Shown here: piece after piece, positions 27,861 through 39,645 of the stretch
Layout of the letters: every line of letters begins with the position of its first letter
How positions within the stretch are numbered: position 1 is the stretch's first letter
NCBI GenBank assembly: GCA_947489235.1
Contig: CANLDE010000001.1
Location: 1 to 54,700 of the forward strand
Origin: Micrococcales bacterium
GTDB lineage: Bacteria > Actinomycetota > Actinomycetes > Actinomycetales > Microbacteriaceae
Length of the DNA: 54,700 bases
Direction of reading: 5' to 3'
Translations under genes and position numbers: made by a program
The notes under the pieces: model-generated
Seen by the model: only the letters and a program-made list of their open reading frames with translations
The model's database searches: none
Told to the model about the DNA's origin: nothing

Positions 27861-29167
27861 AAAACAAGGGAACCATCTTCACTAACGTCAAGTTATCTGA
27901 TGGAACGACTACAAACATCACAGTTTCTGGAGAAATGATTTCACATGTGGGTAAGGACATAGACAGCTCTCTTGATGTTGTTGATTGCTCAGGTCTAATC
28001 GCTCTTAGTGGCTTTGTTGATCTTCATACACACCTCAGAGAACCAGGATTCGAGCAGAGCGAGACCATTCTTACTGGAAGCAGAGCAGCTGCTAAGGGTG
28101 GGTTCACCTGTGTACACCCAATGCCAAACACTAATCCTGTTGCGGATAACTCAGCAGTAGTGGAGCAAGTATTCGCTCTAGGCCATTCAGCTGGCTATGT
28201 TCAGGTGCAACCAATCGGAGCAGTAACAGCAAACCTTGAAGGAAAGAACCTTGCTGACCTTGGCAAGATGAATGCATCAGCTGCCATGGTTCACGTGTTC
28301 AGCGACGATGGTATGTGTGTCAGTGATTCTTTGGTTATGCGTAGAGCACTGGAGTATGTAAAAGCTTTTGATGGAGTTATTGCTCAGCACGCTCAAGATC
28401 CCCAGCTAACAGTAAACGCTCAAATGAACGAGAGTGCTTTATCTCTGAAGCTCGGGCTAACCGGGTGGCCAGCAGTTGCTGAGGAGGCGATCATTGCCAG
28501 AGATGTACTGCTTACAGAAGAAGTGGGTTCAAGACTTCATGTTTGTCACGTTTCGTCAAAAGGTTCAGTTGAGGTTATTCGTTGGGCCAAGTCAAGAGGA
28601 ATCAATGTCACGGCTGAGGTCACACCTCACCACCTAATACTCACAGAGGACCTTGTTTCAAGTTATAACCCAATCTATAAAGTCAATCCACCGCTTAGAT
28701 CTCAGGAAGATGTATTGGCTCTGAGACAGGCAGTAGCTGATGGAACTATCGACATAGTTGCCACCGACCACGCTCCACACACAGCAGACAACAAGGATTG
28801 TGAGTGGGGAGAGGCAGCCTTTGGAATGATCGGTCTTGAAACAGCCGCAGCGATTGTCAAAACTACTCTGATTGACTCAGGTCTTATCAACTGGAGCAGG
28901 TTCGAAGAGCTTCTCTCAGCAAACCCTGCTTCAATCAGCAGGCTAAACAACCAGGGACAGAAAATTGAGCAAGGCTCATTCGCCAACATTGTTTTCTTCG
29001 ACCCTAAATCAGAGTTCGTAGTTGACGCTGCTTCAGAGAGCAAGAGCTCGAATAATCCATACATCGGCATGAAGCTAAGTGGAAGCGTTGTGCACACACT
29101 TTACAGAGGTACCTTCACGGTCAAAGATTCGCAAGTTCAGGAGATAGGAAACACTAATGCCCATTAG
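27857..29167 (+). CDS. pyrC: Dihydroorotase
   Basis: [42 protein letters not shown]. Confidence 0.96.
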   Translation: MKNKGTIFTNVKLSDGTTTNITVSGEMISHVGKDIDSSLDVVDCSGLIALSGFVDLHTHLREPGFEQSETILTGSRAAAKGGFTCVHPMPNTNPVADNSAVVEQVFALGHSAGYVQVQPIGAVTANLEGKNLADLGKMNASAAMVHVFSDDGMCVSDSLVMRRALEYVKAFDGVIAQHAQDPQLTVNAQMNESALSLKLGLTGWPAVAEEAIIARDVLLTEEVGSRLHVCHVSSKGSVEVIRWAKSRGINVTAEVTPHHLILTEDLVSSYNPIYKVNPPLRSQEDVLALRQAVADGTIDIVATDHAPHTADNKDCEWGEAAFGMIGLETAAAIVKTTLIDSGLINWSRFEELLSANPASISRLNNQGQKIEQGSFANIVFFDPKSEFVVDAASESKSSNNPYIGMKLSGSVVHTLYRGTFTVKDSQVQEIGNTNAH

Positions 29168-30305
29168 AAATCGATCCGCGTTGCTAGTTCTTGAAGACGG
29201 AAAAGTGTTCAAGGGTGTTCCTTTTGGAAAGACTGGCACAACTCTTGGCGAAATAGTATTCGCGACCGGTATGTCTGGTTACCAAGAAACTCTCACTGAT
29301 CCTTCATACGCTGGCCAGATTGTTGTCCAGACTGCACCGCACATCGGCAATACAGGGATGAACAGTAAAGATGAAGAGTCAGACAAGATCTGGGTTTCTG
29401 GCTATGTTGTTCGAGATGTTAGTCGAGTTGTTTCTAATTTCAGATCTGAACGTTCACTGGAAGATGACTTAAACAAGGACTCGGTTGTCGGAATTTCAGA
29501 ACTTGATACCAGAGCGCTAACACTTCACCTGAGAGAAATTGGCGTTATGCGAGCTGGTATCTTCTCCGGTGCTGATGCTACAAAGCCGCTTGTTGATTTG
29601 GTAGCTGAAGTTAGATCAGCTGCGAAGATGCAGGGACAGTCGCTTAGCTCTGTTGTTTCCACAAAAGTGGCTTACGAAGTAGCGCACAAGGGTGAGTATG
29701 TAGGGAAAGTCGCAATTCTAGATCTTGGCATCAAGCGCTCAACAATTGAAAACATGGTCGAACGTGGCCTAGATGTTTTTGTGTACCCTGCTGACTCTTC
29801 AGCTAACGTTCTTCTAACAGGTAACCCTGATGCAGTGTTCTACAGCAACGGACCAGGTGACCCAGAGACCGCTACGGAGCAGGTTAAGGTTTTGCAGGAA
29901 ATTCTCGCGAAGAAAGTTCCATTCTTCGGCATCTGCTTTGGTAATCAACTCCTTGGAAGAGCATTGGGCTTCCAAACCTACAAACTGTCTTTCGGACATC
30001 GAGGAATTAACCAACCTGTTTTGGATCGTCGGACCGGACGGGTAGAAGTTACTGCTCATAATCACGGCTTCGCAGTGCGCGTTGACGGGGGAGAGTACGT
30101 TGACTCTCCTGCAGGTTTTGGACAGGTAAGAGTTAGCCACATTTGTCTAAATGATGATGTCGTTGAAGGTCTTGAATGTCTAGATATTCCTGCATACTCA
30201 GTTCAGTATCACCCAGAGGCAGCTGCAGGACCACACGATGCCAACTACCTATTTGATCGTTTGATCGAAATGATTCGCAACAACCAAGCAAAGAAAGCTA
30301 TCTAA
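29157..30305 (+). CDS. carA: Carbamoyl-phosphate synthase small subunit
   Basis: [51 protein letters not shown]. Confidence 0.98.
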   Translation: MPIRNRSALLVLEDGKVFKGVPFGKTGTTLGEIVFATGMSGYQETLTDPSYAGQIVVQTAPHIGNTGMNSKDEESDKIWVSGYVVRDVSRVVSNFRSERSLEDDLNKDSVVGISELDTRALTLHLREIGVMRAGIFSGADATKPLVDLVAEVRSAAKMQGQSLSSVVSTKVAYEVAHKGEYVGKVAILDLGIKRSTIENMVERGLDVFVYPADSSANVLLTGNPDAVFYSNGPGDPETATEQVKVLQEILAKKVPFFGICFGNQLLGRALGFQTYKLSFGHRGINQPVLDRRTGRVEVTAHNHGFAVRVDGGEYVDSPAGFGQVRVSHICLNDDVVEGLECLDIPAYSVQYHPEAAAGPHDANYLFDRLIEMIRNNQAKKAI

Positions 30306-33300
30306 TGCCGCGCAGAGAAGACATCAAGAGTGTTCTAGTTATTGGCTCAGGACCTATTGTCATCGGACAGGCCTGTGAGTTCGACTATTCAGGAACCCAG
30401 GCTTGCCGTGTGCTTAGGGCCGAGGGAATAAGAGTAATTCTTGTAAACAGCAACCCAGCAACAATCATGACTGATCCTGACTTTGCGGATGCAACATACA
30501 TTGAACCAATCACACCTCAGGTAATTGAGGCAATCATCGCCAAAGAAAAGCCTGACGCTATCCTTCCTACTCTTGGCGGGCAAACCGCTCTGAACGCTGC
30601 AATGTCTCTGCACGAACTAGGAATTCTCGACAAGTACAACGTAGAACTTATCGGAGCAAAAGTTTCAGCCATCAAGGCAGGCGAAGACCGTCAATCCTTC
30701 AAGCAGTTAGTGCTAGATGCTGGAGCTGATGTAGCAAAGTCATACATCGCGCACACCATGGATGAAGTTCTTGAAGGTGCTGCCAAACTGGGATACCCGG
30801 TTGTAGTGCGACCATCTTTCACTATGGGTGGACTTGGTTCAGGCTTTGCATACGACGAAAAAGACTTGAGAAGAATCGCTGGAGCAGGTCTTCAAGCAAG
30901 CCCAACCACAGAGGTTCTCCTAGAAGAATCAATAATGGGTTGGAAAGAGTATGAACTAGAGCTAATGCGAGACACAGCGGATAACACTGTAGTTGTTTGC
31001 TCTATCGAAAACGTAGATCCTGTTGGTGTTCACACCGGAGACTCAATTACCGTAGCTCCAGCACTGACTCTTACTGACCGCGAATACCAGCACATGAGAG
31101 ACATATCCATTGACATCATCAGAGCTGTCGGAGTTGATACTGGTGGCTGTAACATCCAGTTCGCAGTTGAGCCAAGCACTGGTCGGATCATCGTAATTGA
31201 GATGAACCCTAGGGTAAGTAGATCCTCAGCATTAGCGTCAAAGGCAACTGGGTTCCCGATTGCCAAGATTGCTGCAAAGCTGGCTATCGGTTACCGCCTA
31301 GACGAGATCCCTAATGACATTACTAAGGTAACTCCTGCATCCTTTGAACCAGCACTTGACTATGTGGTTGTGAAGGTTCCAAGATTTGCATTCGAAAAGT
31401 TTCCCGCTGCCGACGCCACTCTCACCACCACAATGAAATCTGTTGGTGAGGCGATGGCTATTGGAAGAAACTATGCCCAGGCACTGCAGAAGGCGCTTAG
31501 AAGCCTTGAACGAAGAGGGTCATCCTTCCATTGGGGAAACCAGAAACTCTCTAAAGAGCAACTCATTGAACTCTCCAAAGTTCCTACTGACGGACGAATA
31601 GTCACAGTCCAACAAGCTCTACGATTTGGTGCTACCACGGTACAAATCTTTGAAGCCACAAAGATCGATCCTTGGTTCATTGACCAGATAGTGCTTATCA
31701 ATGAAATCGCTGAAGAGATTCGTAACGCTGCTGATTTGGATGAAGAGATCATGCTTTACGCGAAGTCCTTCGGCTTCAGTGACGCTCAGATTGCAGAAAT
31801 TAGAGAGCTAAGCGAATTTGATGTTAGAACTATTCGATACGCGCAAAACATCAGACCTGTCTACAAGACAGTTGATACCTGTGCAGGGGAGTTCCCAGCA
31901 CTAACCCCTTATCACTACAGCACCTACGAGCAGGAGACTGAAGTTCGTGCCTCTGGTGCTGACAAAGTAGTGATCCTTGGATCAGGACCTAACCGTATTG
32001 GCCAGGGAGTTGAATTCGATTACTCGTGTGTGCACGCGTCTTTTGCACTTCACGATGCAGGCTTTGAGACAGTGATGATTAATTGCAATCCTGAAACTGT
32101 TTCCACTGACTATGACACCAGTGACAGACTTTACTTTGAACCGCTAACACTAGAAGATGTGCTTGAAGTTATTCACGCAGAGTCTGCAAGTGGAAACCTA
32201 GTTGGTGTTGTTGTTCAATTAGGTGGACAGACGGCTCTGGGCTTGGCACAAGGTTTGGCAGCATATGGAATCCCTATCCTTGGAACAACACCCGATGCAA
32301 TTGACCTAGCTGAAGAACGAGGCGCTTTCTCGAGAATTCTTGATGAAGCAGGTTTGATTTCTCCAGCTAATGGCACTGCAACAAGTCTCGACGAAGCCAA
32401 GGTTATTGCTGAAGGAATTGGTTTCCCTGTCTTGGTTAGACCATCCTTTGTTCTTGGTGGACGTGGAATGGAAATTGTCTATGACCAAAAATCACTAGAA
32501 GGTTATTTCGATAGGATCGCAGACCAAGCAATTGTCGGCCCTAAGCACCCTCTACTGGTTGACCGCTTCCTGGATGATGCTATAGAGATTGACATTGACG
32601 CTCTCTATGACGGGGAGCAACTGTATGTCGGTGGCGTTATGGAACACATTGAAGAAGCCGGCATTCACTCGGGAGACTCTTCTTGCACGCTTCCGCCAAT
32701 TACTCTGAGCCATACTCAAATTAATCGAGTGAGAGAAGCAACAGAAAAGATTGCTAAGGGTATTGGTGTTAGGGGATTACTGAATGTGCAGTTCGCCTTG
32801 GCACACGATGTTCTTTATGTCCTCGAGGCTAACCCAAGAGCATCTAGAACAGTTCCTTTTGTTTCTAAGGCACTGGGCATCACACTTGCTAAAGCTGCAG
32901 CGCTAGTCATGGTCGGTTGGTCAATTGATGATCTGATCTCCAAGGGGCACCTTCCAGCTACCGATGGCACTCACATTCCAGAAACATCAGCTATCTCAGT
33001 CAAGGAAGCGGTTCTGCCTTTCAAGAGATTTGCTACCAAAGAAGGAAGATTTGTTGACTCTCTACTTGGTCCAGAGATGCGATCAACCGGCGAAGTTATG
33101 GGTATTGATGTTGACTTCCCAACTGCCTTTGCCAAAAGCCAAGCAGCTGCAGGAAGTGCACTACCTAAATCAGGCAAGATCTTTATTTCTGTTGCAGATA
33201 GAGACAAGCACCAGGTAGTTCTACCAGTTCGTAGGTTGTGGCAGCTAGGTTACGAGATTCTAGCAACCTACGGAACAGCATCTCTTCTCAAGCGTCACGG

Positions 33301-33601
33301 TATTCCTGTTCGTATAGTGAGGAAGCATTCCGCAGACGATGATGCACCTGCAGGTCCGTCTATTGTTGACCTTATTCTCGATGGAGAAGTTGATGTTGTT
33401 GTGAATACACCATCAGGTTCATCAGCTAGAAAAGATGGGTATGAAATTCGCGCTGCAACTACTGCCGCTGACGCACCTATATTCACTACAATTGCTCAGC
33501 TATCTGCCGCTATCGGATCTTTCGAAACGGTTATCGCAGGCGATTTCAATGTTAGATCGCTACAAGAGCACGCTCAAGACAGGAGAGAAGCACTTGCCTG
33601 A
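30305..33601 (+). CDS. carB: Carbamoyl-phosphate synthase large subunit
   Basis: [81 protein letters not shown] coupling to carA. Confidence 0.99.
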   Translation: MPRREDIKSVLVIGSGPIVIGQACEFDYSGTQACRVLRAEGIRVILVNSNPATIMTDPDFADATYIEPITPQVIEAIIAKEKPDAILPTLGGQTALNAAMSLHELGILDKYNVELIGAKVSAIKAGEDRQSFKQLVLDAGADVAKSYIAHTMDEVLEGAAKLGYPVVVRPSFTMGGLGSGFAYDEKDLRRIAGAGLQASPTTEVLLEESIMGWKEYELELMRDTADNTVVVCSIENVDPVGVHTGDSITVAPALTLTDREYQHMRDISIDIIRAVGVDTGGCNIQFAVEPSTGRIIVIEMNPRVSRSSALASKATGFPIAKIAAKLAIGYRLDEIPNDITKVTPASFEPALDYVVVKVPRFAFEKFPAADATLTTTMKSVGEAMAIGRNYAQALQKALRSLERRGSSFHWGNQKLSKEQLIELSKVPTDGRIVTVQQALRFGATTVQIFEATKIDPWFIDQIVLINEIAEEIRNAADLDEEIMLYAKSFGFSDAQIAEIRELSEFDVRTIRYAQNIRPVYKTVDTCAGEFPALTPYHYSTYEQETEVRASGADKVVILGSGPNRIGQGVEFDYSCVHASFALHDAGFETVMINCNPETVSTDYDTSDRLYFEPLTLEDVLEVIHAESASGNLVGVVVQLGGQTALGLAQGLAAYGIPILGTTPDAIDLAEERGAFSRILDEAGLISPANGTATSLDEAKVIAEGIGFPVLVRPSFVLGGRGMEIVYDQKSLEGYFDRIADQAIVGPKHPLLVDRFLDDAIEIDIDALYDGEQLYVGGVMEHIEEAGIHSGDSSCTLPPITLSHTQINRVREATEKIAKGIGVRGLLNVQFALAHDVLYVLEANPRASRTVPFVSKALGITLAKAAALVMVGWSIDDLISKGHLPATDGTHIPETSAISVKEAVLPFKRFATKEGRFVDSLLGPEMRSTGEVMGIDVDFPTAFAKSQAAAGSALPKSGKIFISVADRDKHQVVLPVRRLWQLGYEILATYGTASLLKRHGIPVRIVRKHSADDDAPAGPSIVDLILDGEVDVVVNTPSGSSARKDGYEIRAATTAADAPIFTTIAQLSAAIGSFETVIAGDFNVRSLQEHAQDRREALA

Positions 33602-34454
33602 ATCCTTCTCTAAGAAACTTGTTGCTGCGTTCTCGACTAGTGGACAACTTTGTGTAGGCATAGATCCACACGAAGAAATGTTGATCGAAAATGGGTTTGA
33701 GGTTTCTGCTCAGGGCACATTGAGCTTTGGCTTAGCCATGCTTGATGAACTAGAAGGTGATGTCGCGATCATTAAGCCTCAAGTTTCATTCTTTGAACGC
33801 TTCGGGTCAGCAGGTTTCAGTGTTTTAGAGAAGTTACTGCAAGAGGCTAACCAGAGAGGTTTCCTAGTAATCGCAGATGCTAAGCGAGGCGACATCGGAT
33901 CAACCATGGAAGCCTACGGACAGGCTTGGTTAGCCAAGTCCGCGCCTTTCATTTGTGATGCTCTAACCGTAAATCCTTATTTAGGAGTAGGTGCACTTAC
34001 TCCTGCCGTGGCATTCGCTAGCGAACGAGGCAAAGCCCTGTTTGTTCTCTCGGCGACTTCAAATCCAGAGGGACTGCATCTTCAGGCATCTACTCATGAA
34101 GGTAAATCAGTTGCTAAGCAGGTTGCGGATGAGGTTGCACTCCTAAATACTGCTACAGCATCCACTAAGGATAAGTTCGGCAATCTGGGGTTAGTAGTTG
34201 GCGCAACCGTTGATCTTGGAGCTGTTGAACTTGGAGACATCAACTCGGGGAAGGTTGATTTGAGGACGCCGGTTTTGGCACCAGGTTTTGGTTTCCAAGG
34301 TGCACAGCTTGCTAACGCGAAATCGATTTTCAAGGACATAGCAGGTGATGTGATCTATACGATCTCACGATCCGCGTTACGTGGTGGCATTCAAAGCGTT
34401 AGAACCAGCGTTATCGAGGACCAAGCCATTCTGCAAACCGCGTTGAGCAAATAG
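33594..34454 (+). CDS. pyrF: Orotidine-5'-phosphate decarboxylase
   Basis: [56 protein letters not shown]. Likely start is the TTG at 33594 (SD AGGAG at 33581), overlapping the carB stop. Confidence 0.95.
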   Translation: MPESFSKKLVAAFSTSGQLCVGIDPHEEMLIENGFEVSAQGTLSFGLAMLDELEGDVAIIKPQVSFFERFGSAGFSVLEKLLQEANQRGFLVIADAKRGDIGSTMEAYGQAWLAKSAPFICDALTVNPYLGVGALTPAVAFASERGKALFVLSATSNPEGLHLQASTHEGKSVAKQVADEVALLNTATASTKDKFGNLGLVVGATVDLGAVELGDINSGKVDLRTPVLAPGFGFQGAQLANAKSIFKDIAGDVIYTISRSALRGGIQSVRTSVIEDQAILQTALSK

Positions 34455-34457
34455 GCT
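34452..34457 (+). promoter_or_regulatory. Putative -10 element (TAGGCT) built on the pyrF stop codon, leaderless gmk promoter
   Basis: TANNNT 6 nt upstream of the gmk ATG, with no SD. Confidence 0.5.
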
Positions 34458-34463
34458 TTACTC

Positions 34464-35015
34464 ATGACAAGACTGACCGTAATTGCTGGACCTACTGCTG
34501 TGGGTAAAGGCACTGTGGTGAGACACCTACTTGAGCACAATCCAGAGATTCTGTTATCGGTATCAGTGACAACCAGGCAGCCACGTATCGGTGAGATTGA
34601 TGGAGTGCACTACTTCTTTGTATCAAACGAACAATTTGATCAGATGATTTCTAATAATGAACTTCTCGAATACGCGGTTGTTCACCAAAGCAATCGCTAC
34701 GGTACACCTAGACAGCCAGTTGAAGAGGCGTTAAGGGCAGATAAGCAGATCATCCTCGAGATTGATATCCAAGGCGCTAGGCAGGTAAAAGACTCTATGC
34801 CAGAGGCCAACCTCATCTTTATTGCCCCGCCTAGCTTAGAAGAGCTCAAACGAAGATTGATTGGTAGAGGCACTGAATCCGCCGAGGAAATAGCCATCAG
34901 GCTTGATACAGCTGAAGTTGAAATGGCTAGCCAGAGCCTATTCGACCATGTAGTTATCAACGAAGAGGTGGCACAATGTGCCGCTGAGGTCTTAGACTTG
35001 ATGAAGACTTCGTGA
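34464..35015 (+). CDS. gmk: Guanylate kinase
   Basis: GPTAVGKGT, SVTTRQPRIGEIDGVHYFF, YGTP, LEIDIQGA, RGTES. Confidence 0.97.
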   Translation: MTRLTVIAGPTAVGKGTVVRHLLEHNPEILLSVSVTTRQPRIGEIDGVHYFFVSNEQFDQMISNNELLEYAVVHQSNRYGTPRQPVEEALRADKQIILEIDIQGARQVKDSMPEANLIFIAPPSLEELKRRLIGRGTESAEEIAIRLDTAEVEMASQSLFDHVVINEEVAQCAAEVLDLMKTS

Positions 35016-35057
35016 AACCATCTGTCTCACATCAAATAAAAGGAAATGTAGCTAAAA

Positions 35058-35315
35058 ATGTCTGAAAAAATTGAGGGAATTGTATCTCCATCTATTGACG
35101 CACTGATGTCAAAGACAGATTCAAAGTATGGATTGGTAATCTTCGCAGCTAAGCGTGCTCGTCAGATCAACGATTACTATTCAGCACTTCACGAGGGTTC
35201 ATTGTTCGACAACGTAGGCCCACTAGTAGATGCTGCTGTGGATGACAAGCCTCTTTCTATCGCAATGCGCGAAATCGTAGAAGGTGCTGTTGTCACCTCT
35301 GTTGCCAAAGAGTAA
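35058..35315 (+). CDS. rpoZ: DNA-directed RNA polymerase subunit omega
   Basis: [35 protein letters not shown]. Confidence 0.97.
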   Translation: MSEKIEGIVSPSIDALMSKTDSKYGLVIFAAKRARQINDYYSALHEGSLFDNVGPLVDAAVDDKPLSIAMREIVEGAVVTSVAKE

Positions 35316-35326
35316 TCTGAGCAATC

Positions 35327-36526
35327 TTGCACATTCTCGTCGGTGTAACAGGAGGCATAGCAGCTCATAAAGCTGCCGGTGTTATCCGTGGTTTCACTGA
35401 ACTTGGCCACACGGTAAAAGTTTTGCCAACCCAAAACGCACTTAGATTTATTGGCGCAACAACTCTTGAAGCGTTGTCCCACAATGTAGTTGACTCTGAC
35501 CTATACACCGACGTTGACTCTGTAAAACACATTGCTCTAGCCCAAGAGGCTGATCTAATAGTTGTTGCTCCTGCTACTGCTGCATTTATTGCAAGGTTCG
35601 CGCATGGGGTAGCAGATGATCTATTGCTGAATGTTTTACTTGCTACCAAAGCAAAAGTAGTAGTAGCTCCTGCAATGCACACAGAGATGTGGCAACATCC
35701 AGCCACTGTTGCAAACATAGACACTCTGAAATCACGCGGAGTGAGAATTATTGAACCAGCTACTGGAAGGCTCACTGGCGATGACTCAGGTCCAGGTCGA
35801 CTACCAGAGCCTGATGATATTGTTGCAAGCGCACTAAGTGCAGTTCATGCTCAAGATTTAGCTGGCAAGACAGTGACAATTGCAGCTGGTGGTACACGAG
35901 AACCAATCGACACAGTTCGGTTCATAGGAAATAGATCCTCAGGTAAACAAGGAATCGCCTTAGCTGATGCTTCCTTAGCTCGCGGAGCTAAAGTAAATCT
36001 GATAGCGATAAACATCGATATAGATCTCTCACGTTTTGCAAATGTAACGCGCGTATCAACAACTGCTGAACTAAGTACAGTTTTGGACCAAATGCTTCCA
36101 GTGTCCGATGTAATTTACATGCCAGCAGCAGTAAGCGACTATAGGGTTGCCAGCATAGAGCCAGGCAAGTTATCAAGACATGACGCTAGCGAGTTAGAAC
36201 TCAAGTTGATTGCCAATCCAGATCTACTAAGTGGTCTATCTGAGAAACGTAATGCCTTAGGACTCAAGGCCATCTTGGTTGGGTTCGCAGCAGAAGTGTT
36301 ATCTAGTTCAGGCAACGCAGATGAGCTGAACAGCAAAGCGAATGCGAAACTGCACAAGAAAAACGTTGACCTCATCGTGGCTAACGATGTGTCAAACGGA
36401 GCAGTCTTTGACCAAGATGCCAACCAGGTGCTTATTGTCTCTTCAAGTGGTTCTATTGAAAGCCAAGGTACCAAACTTGAAGTTGCCAACCAGGTAATCG
36501 ACGAAACAATCAAGCTGATCGGTTGA
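35327..36526 (+). CDS. coaBC: Bifunctional phosphopantothenoylcysteine decarboxylase/phosphopantothenate--cysteine ligase
   Basis: GVTGGIAA, APATA, APAMHTEMW, GGTREPIDTVRFIGNRSSGKQG, AAVSDY, VGFAAE, IVANDV. Confidence 0.96.
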   Translation: MHILVGVTGGIAAHKAAGVIRGFTELGHTVKVLPTQNALRFIGATTLEALSHNVVDSDLYTDVDSVKHIALAQEADLIVVAPATAAFIARFAHGVADDLLLNVLLATKAKVVVAPAMHTEMWQHPATVANIDTLKSRGVRIIEPATGRLTGDDSGPGRLPEPDDIVASALSAVHAQDLAGKTVTIAAGGTREPIDTVRFIGNRSSGKQGIALADASLARGAKVNLIAINIDIDLSRFANVTRVSTTAELSTVLDQMLPVSDVIYMPAAVSDYRVASIEPGKLSRHDASELELKLIANPDLLSGLSEKRNALGLKAILVGFAAEVLSSSGNADELNSKANAKLHKKNVDLIVANDVSNGAVFDQDANQVLIVSSSGSIESQGTKLEVANQVIDETIKLIG

Positions 36527-36571
36527 AACAATCCCTGCCGTGTCTGTTAGCAGAGATATACTGGTTGGAAT

Positions 36572-37765
36572 ATGAATAAAACTAGATACTTCACCTCTGA
36601 ATCAGTGACAGAGGGCCATCCAGACAAGATTTGCGATCAAATCAGCGACGCTATCTTAGATAACCTTCTAGCCCAAGACCCTTCCTCACGAGTGGCGGTA
36701 GAGACATTAGTGACAACTGGTTTAGTCCACGTTGCTGGAGAGATTACAACCGAAGGCTACGCAGAGATTCCCGACATTGTTAGATCCAAGCTGCTGCAAA
36801 TCGGCTACAACTCATCGGACATCGGCTTTGATGGAACATCCTGTGGAGTTAGCGTTTCAATTGGCAGACAATCAGCGGATATCGCTATGGGAGTTGATTC
36901 TTCTCTAGAGAGCGTAGTTGGAGAGTCAAAGGACGACTATGACAAACAAGGCGCAGGCGACCAGGGAATAATGTTTGGTTTTGCTTGCACCGAAACTAAA
37001 GAGTTGATGCCACTTCCAATCAAGATTGCGCATTCTCTAGCTGAACAATTAGCAAAAGTGAGACACGAAGGCGTCATTAACTTTCTAAGACCTGACGGCA
37101 AGACACAGGTAACCATCGGTTACGAAGGGGATAAACCAGTTGCAGTGCAGACAGTAGTTGTCAGCACACAGCACAACCCGGGAATCAGCAACAAGGAAAT
37201 AGGCGAAGCTGTATCCAAGTATGTGGTTGAGCCAGTGTTGTCTTCTTTCAATTTCGATTTTGCCGACAGCAAGCTACTGATAAACCCGACAGGGAACTTC
37301 GTAATCGGCGGCCCACAAGGCGATGCAGGTCTTACTGGACGCAAAATCATTATTGACACCTATGGCGGATATAGTCGCCACGGAGGTGGAGCATTTAGTG
37401 GTAAAGATCCATCCAAGGTAGATCGCTCTGCTGCTTACGCAATGCGTTGGGTTGCGAAGAACCTAGTAGCAGCAGGGTTAGCGACTAAGGCTGAAGTTCA
37501 AGTGGCTTATGCGATTGGTGTAGCCAGGCCTGTCGGCTTGTACGTTGAGTGCTTTGGAACTAACAACGTTGATGTGGATCTCATTGAGAAAGCAGTAATC
37601 GATGTATTCGACCTTAGACCTGGAGCAATCATTGATGAACTCGATCTACTAAGACCTATTTACGGAGCTACCTCAACTTACGGACATTTTGGAAGAGAGC
37701 TACCAGATTTCAGCTGGGAGAAAACCAACAAGGTCTCTGACCTGCTAACTGCCGTAGGTATGTAA
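36572..37765 (+). CDS. metK: Methionine adenosyltransferase
   Basis: [62 protein letters not shown]. Confidence 0.99.
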   Translation: MNKTRYFTSESVTEGHPDKICDQISDAILDNLLAQDPSSRVAVETLVTTGLVHVAGEITTEGYAEIPDIVRSKLLQIGYNSSDIGFDGTSCGVSVSIGRQSADIAMGVDSSLESVVGESKDDYDKQGAGDQGIMFGFACTETKELMPLPIKIAHSLAEQLAKVRHEGVINFLRPDGKTQVTIGYEGDKPVAVQTVVVSTQHNPGISNKEIGEAVSKYVVEPVLSSFNFDFADSKLLINPTGNFVIGGPQGDAGLTGRKIIIDTYGGYSRHGGGAFSGKDPSKVDRSAAYAMRWVAKNLVAAGLATKAEVQVAYAIGVARPVGLYVECFGTNNVDVDLIEKAVIDVFDLRPGAIIDELDLLRPIYGATSTYGHFGRELPDFSWEKTNKVSDLLTAVGM

Positions 37766-39639
37766 TGCCACTGGTAGCAAAGATTCGTTTTAGTTCCGCT
37801 CTGCCGCAGTTGGACAAAGAATTTGATTATCTTGTGCCAGAAGATTTAGCAGACCAACTACAACCGGGTTACCAGGTTAATGTTCCCTTCGGATCTGGTG
37901 CTAAAGAGAAAACCGGTGTTGTTTGCGCAATTGATCAAGAAGATAATCCACGTGAGAAACTTCTCTCTATTCTCTCTCTCGCATCGATAACCTCAGTTTT
38001 GACACCGCAACAACTAGCACTATGTAAAGCAGTAGCAGCAAGACAGGCTGGAACAGTAGGAGAGTTACTCTCAACAGCGATACCCAAGAGGTATGTAAGA
38101 GTCGAGAAGAACTTTGTGACTGGCACACAGGAAGTCCCAACTCACAAGGAGTTAGTTAAAGAGAACGAGTTGATTGTTCATCTACAAGAGAACCCGCGCA
38201 CCTACTTCACGCCCAAGTTGTTAGGGAATGGCAGTCACAGATCGGGCTGGGGAATAGATTTCGCACTAGCGGCACTGAACGAGTATCTACAGGGTAAAAG
38301 CACGCTAGTGGTGCTACCAGACTTTGCTGAACTAGCAAGATTCGAGGCTGCGCTTCAAGAACTTGGAATCTCGCAAATTGCTTATCGCCACTCAAGCTCT
38401 GACACCGGCTCGCAGAGACATCTCAACCATCTTTTCGCTTGTTCTACTGTCGCGATCAATTATGGGCTTCGAAGTGCTTGCTTCGCTCCTGCTAAGAATC
38501 TAGGCCTCTTGTTGCTTTGGGACGACGGTGATGAGTCGCATATAGAACAGTCGGCACCTTATTGGCAATCTAGAGAGGTTCTGTTGCAAAGAGCAGAACT
38601 TGAACAATCCAAGATAGTAATAGCTTCACACGCACCATCAACTGAAGTTATTCGACTAATTGACATGGGCCACCTGGTTCCACTGCAAGCCGTTGGCGAT
38701 ATTCCTAACGCTATCGTTACTGATCTAAGCGACCGGCTAGACGCGAATTCTTTCGCATTGGTAAGCAATACTCTCAAAGCTGGCGATTCCGTTCTTATAC
38801 AAATCGCCACAGCGGGTTGGGCAAGCTCTCTTGTTTGCATCTCATGCAAGGAGCAGAGAGTATGCTCGATTTGCTCGTCCTCAATCTGGGTGGACCCCTC
38901 AGGCAAGTTCAGGTGTCGTTCCTGCAAAGCAAACATGGAACTTCCTGCATGTACTTGTGGGAAGACAGCTACCCGGCCAACAGTGCTTGGTGCTTCGGCT
39001 ATCGCTTCACAGATGGAACGAAGCTTTCCTGAGGCAGCAGTGTTGCGTTCAAACGGCGAGAATCGGTTAACAAAAGTGTCTGGTCAATCACTTCTAGTTG
39101 TTGCTACCCCTGGATCAGAACCAGAAATTGATGGCGGCTACTCTGTAGTGCTCATCGCCGATGCGTCAAGGATGATCGGTGCACCAAGGCTCAGAGCTGC
39201 AGAGCAAAGCATTGGTAAATGGGCAAATGCGATTTCCTTGGCAAAAAGTTCAGCGAAGATTATCTTTGTTGGACTTAGAGAGTCCCTAGCGGAGAGAATG
39301 CTGACCCTGGATTTCCATGGGGCGATTCGAGATGATTATTCAGATCGGGTGGACCTAGCCCTTCCACCGCAAACAAGAGTTGCCTCTGTTTCCAGCTCCA
39401 ACTCTTTAGACCACTCGAGACTTTTAGCCCAGTTGGAAGCTGTGATGCCGAAAGACAGAGTGAGGACGCTAAAAGTTGAGCAACCTAATCTCTTGGTACT
39501 GGATTACCCATACAGTTACGGCATGGATTTTGCCGAACTCCTGAGTAAAACAACGCAGGATCTTACCAAGTCAAGCAAGACAAAGAAGCCTGGCGAACGC
39601 GTTTATCGCATCAACATGGATGACAGCAAAGTAATCTAA
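37765..39639 (+). CDS. priA: Primosomal protein N' (actinobacterial PriA with degenerate helicase motifs)
   Basis: LDKEFDYLVP/VNVPFG 3'-binding domain, RSACFAP, Cys-rich region, DLALPP. Lies between metK and fmt. No GxxGxGKT or DExH motif. Confidence 0.85.
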   Translation: MPLVAKIRFSSALPQLDKEFDYLVPEDLADQLQPGYQVNVPFGSGAKEKTGVVCAIDQEDNPREKLLSILSLASITSVLTPQQLALCKAVAARQAGTVGELLSTAIPKRYVRVEKNFVTGTQEVPTHKELVKENELIVHLQENPRTYFTPKLLGNGSHRSGWGIDFALAALNEYLQGKSTLVVLPDFAELARFEAALQELGISQIAYRHSSSDTGSQRHLNHLFACSTVAINYGLRSACFAPAKNLGLLLLWDDGDESHIEQSAPYWQSREVLLQRAELEQSKIVIASHAPSTEVIRLIDMGHLVPLQAVGDIPNAIVTDLSDRLDANSFALVSNTLKAGDSVLIQIATAGWASSLVCISCKEQRVCSICSSSIWVDPSGKFRCRSCKANMELPACTCGKTATRPTVLGASAIASQMERSFPEAAVLRSNGENRLTKVSGQSLLVVATPGSEPEIDGGYSVVLIADASRMIGAPRLRAAEQSIGKWANAISLAKSSAKIIFVGLRESLAERMLTLDFHGAIRDDYSDRVDLALPPQTRVASVSSSNSLDHSRLLAQLEAVMPKDRVRTLKVEQPNLLVLDYPYSYGMDFAELLSKTTQDLTKSSKTKKPGERVYRINMDDSKVI

Positions 39640-39645
39640 GAATCA

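Noticed and set aside
35750-35810. CoaC substrate clamp lacks the E. coli-type Cys (reads GRLTGDDSGPGRL)
   Set aside because: This matches the usual actinobacterial CoaBC sequence as I recall it, so it is not a defect.
36527-36571. Possible SAM riboswitch upstream of metK
   Set aside because: The spacer is only 45 nt, a putative -10 (TATACT 36557-62) lies 9 nt from the ATG, and no SAM aptamer consensus is present.
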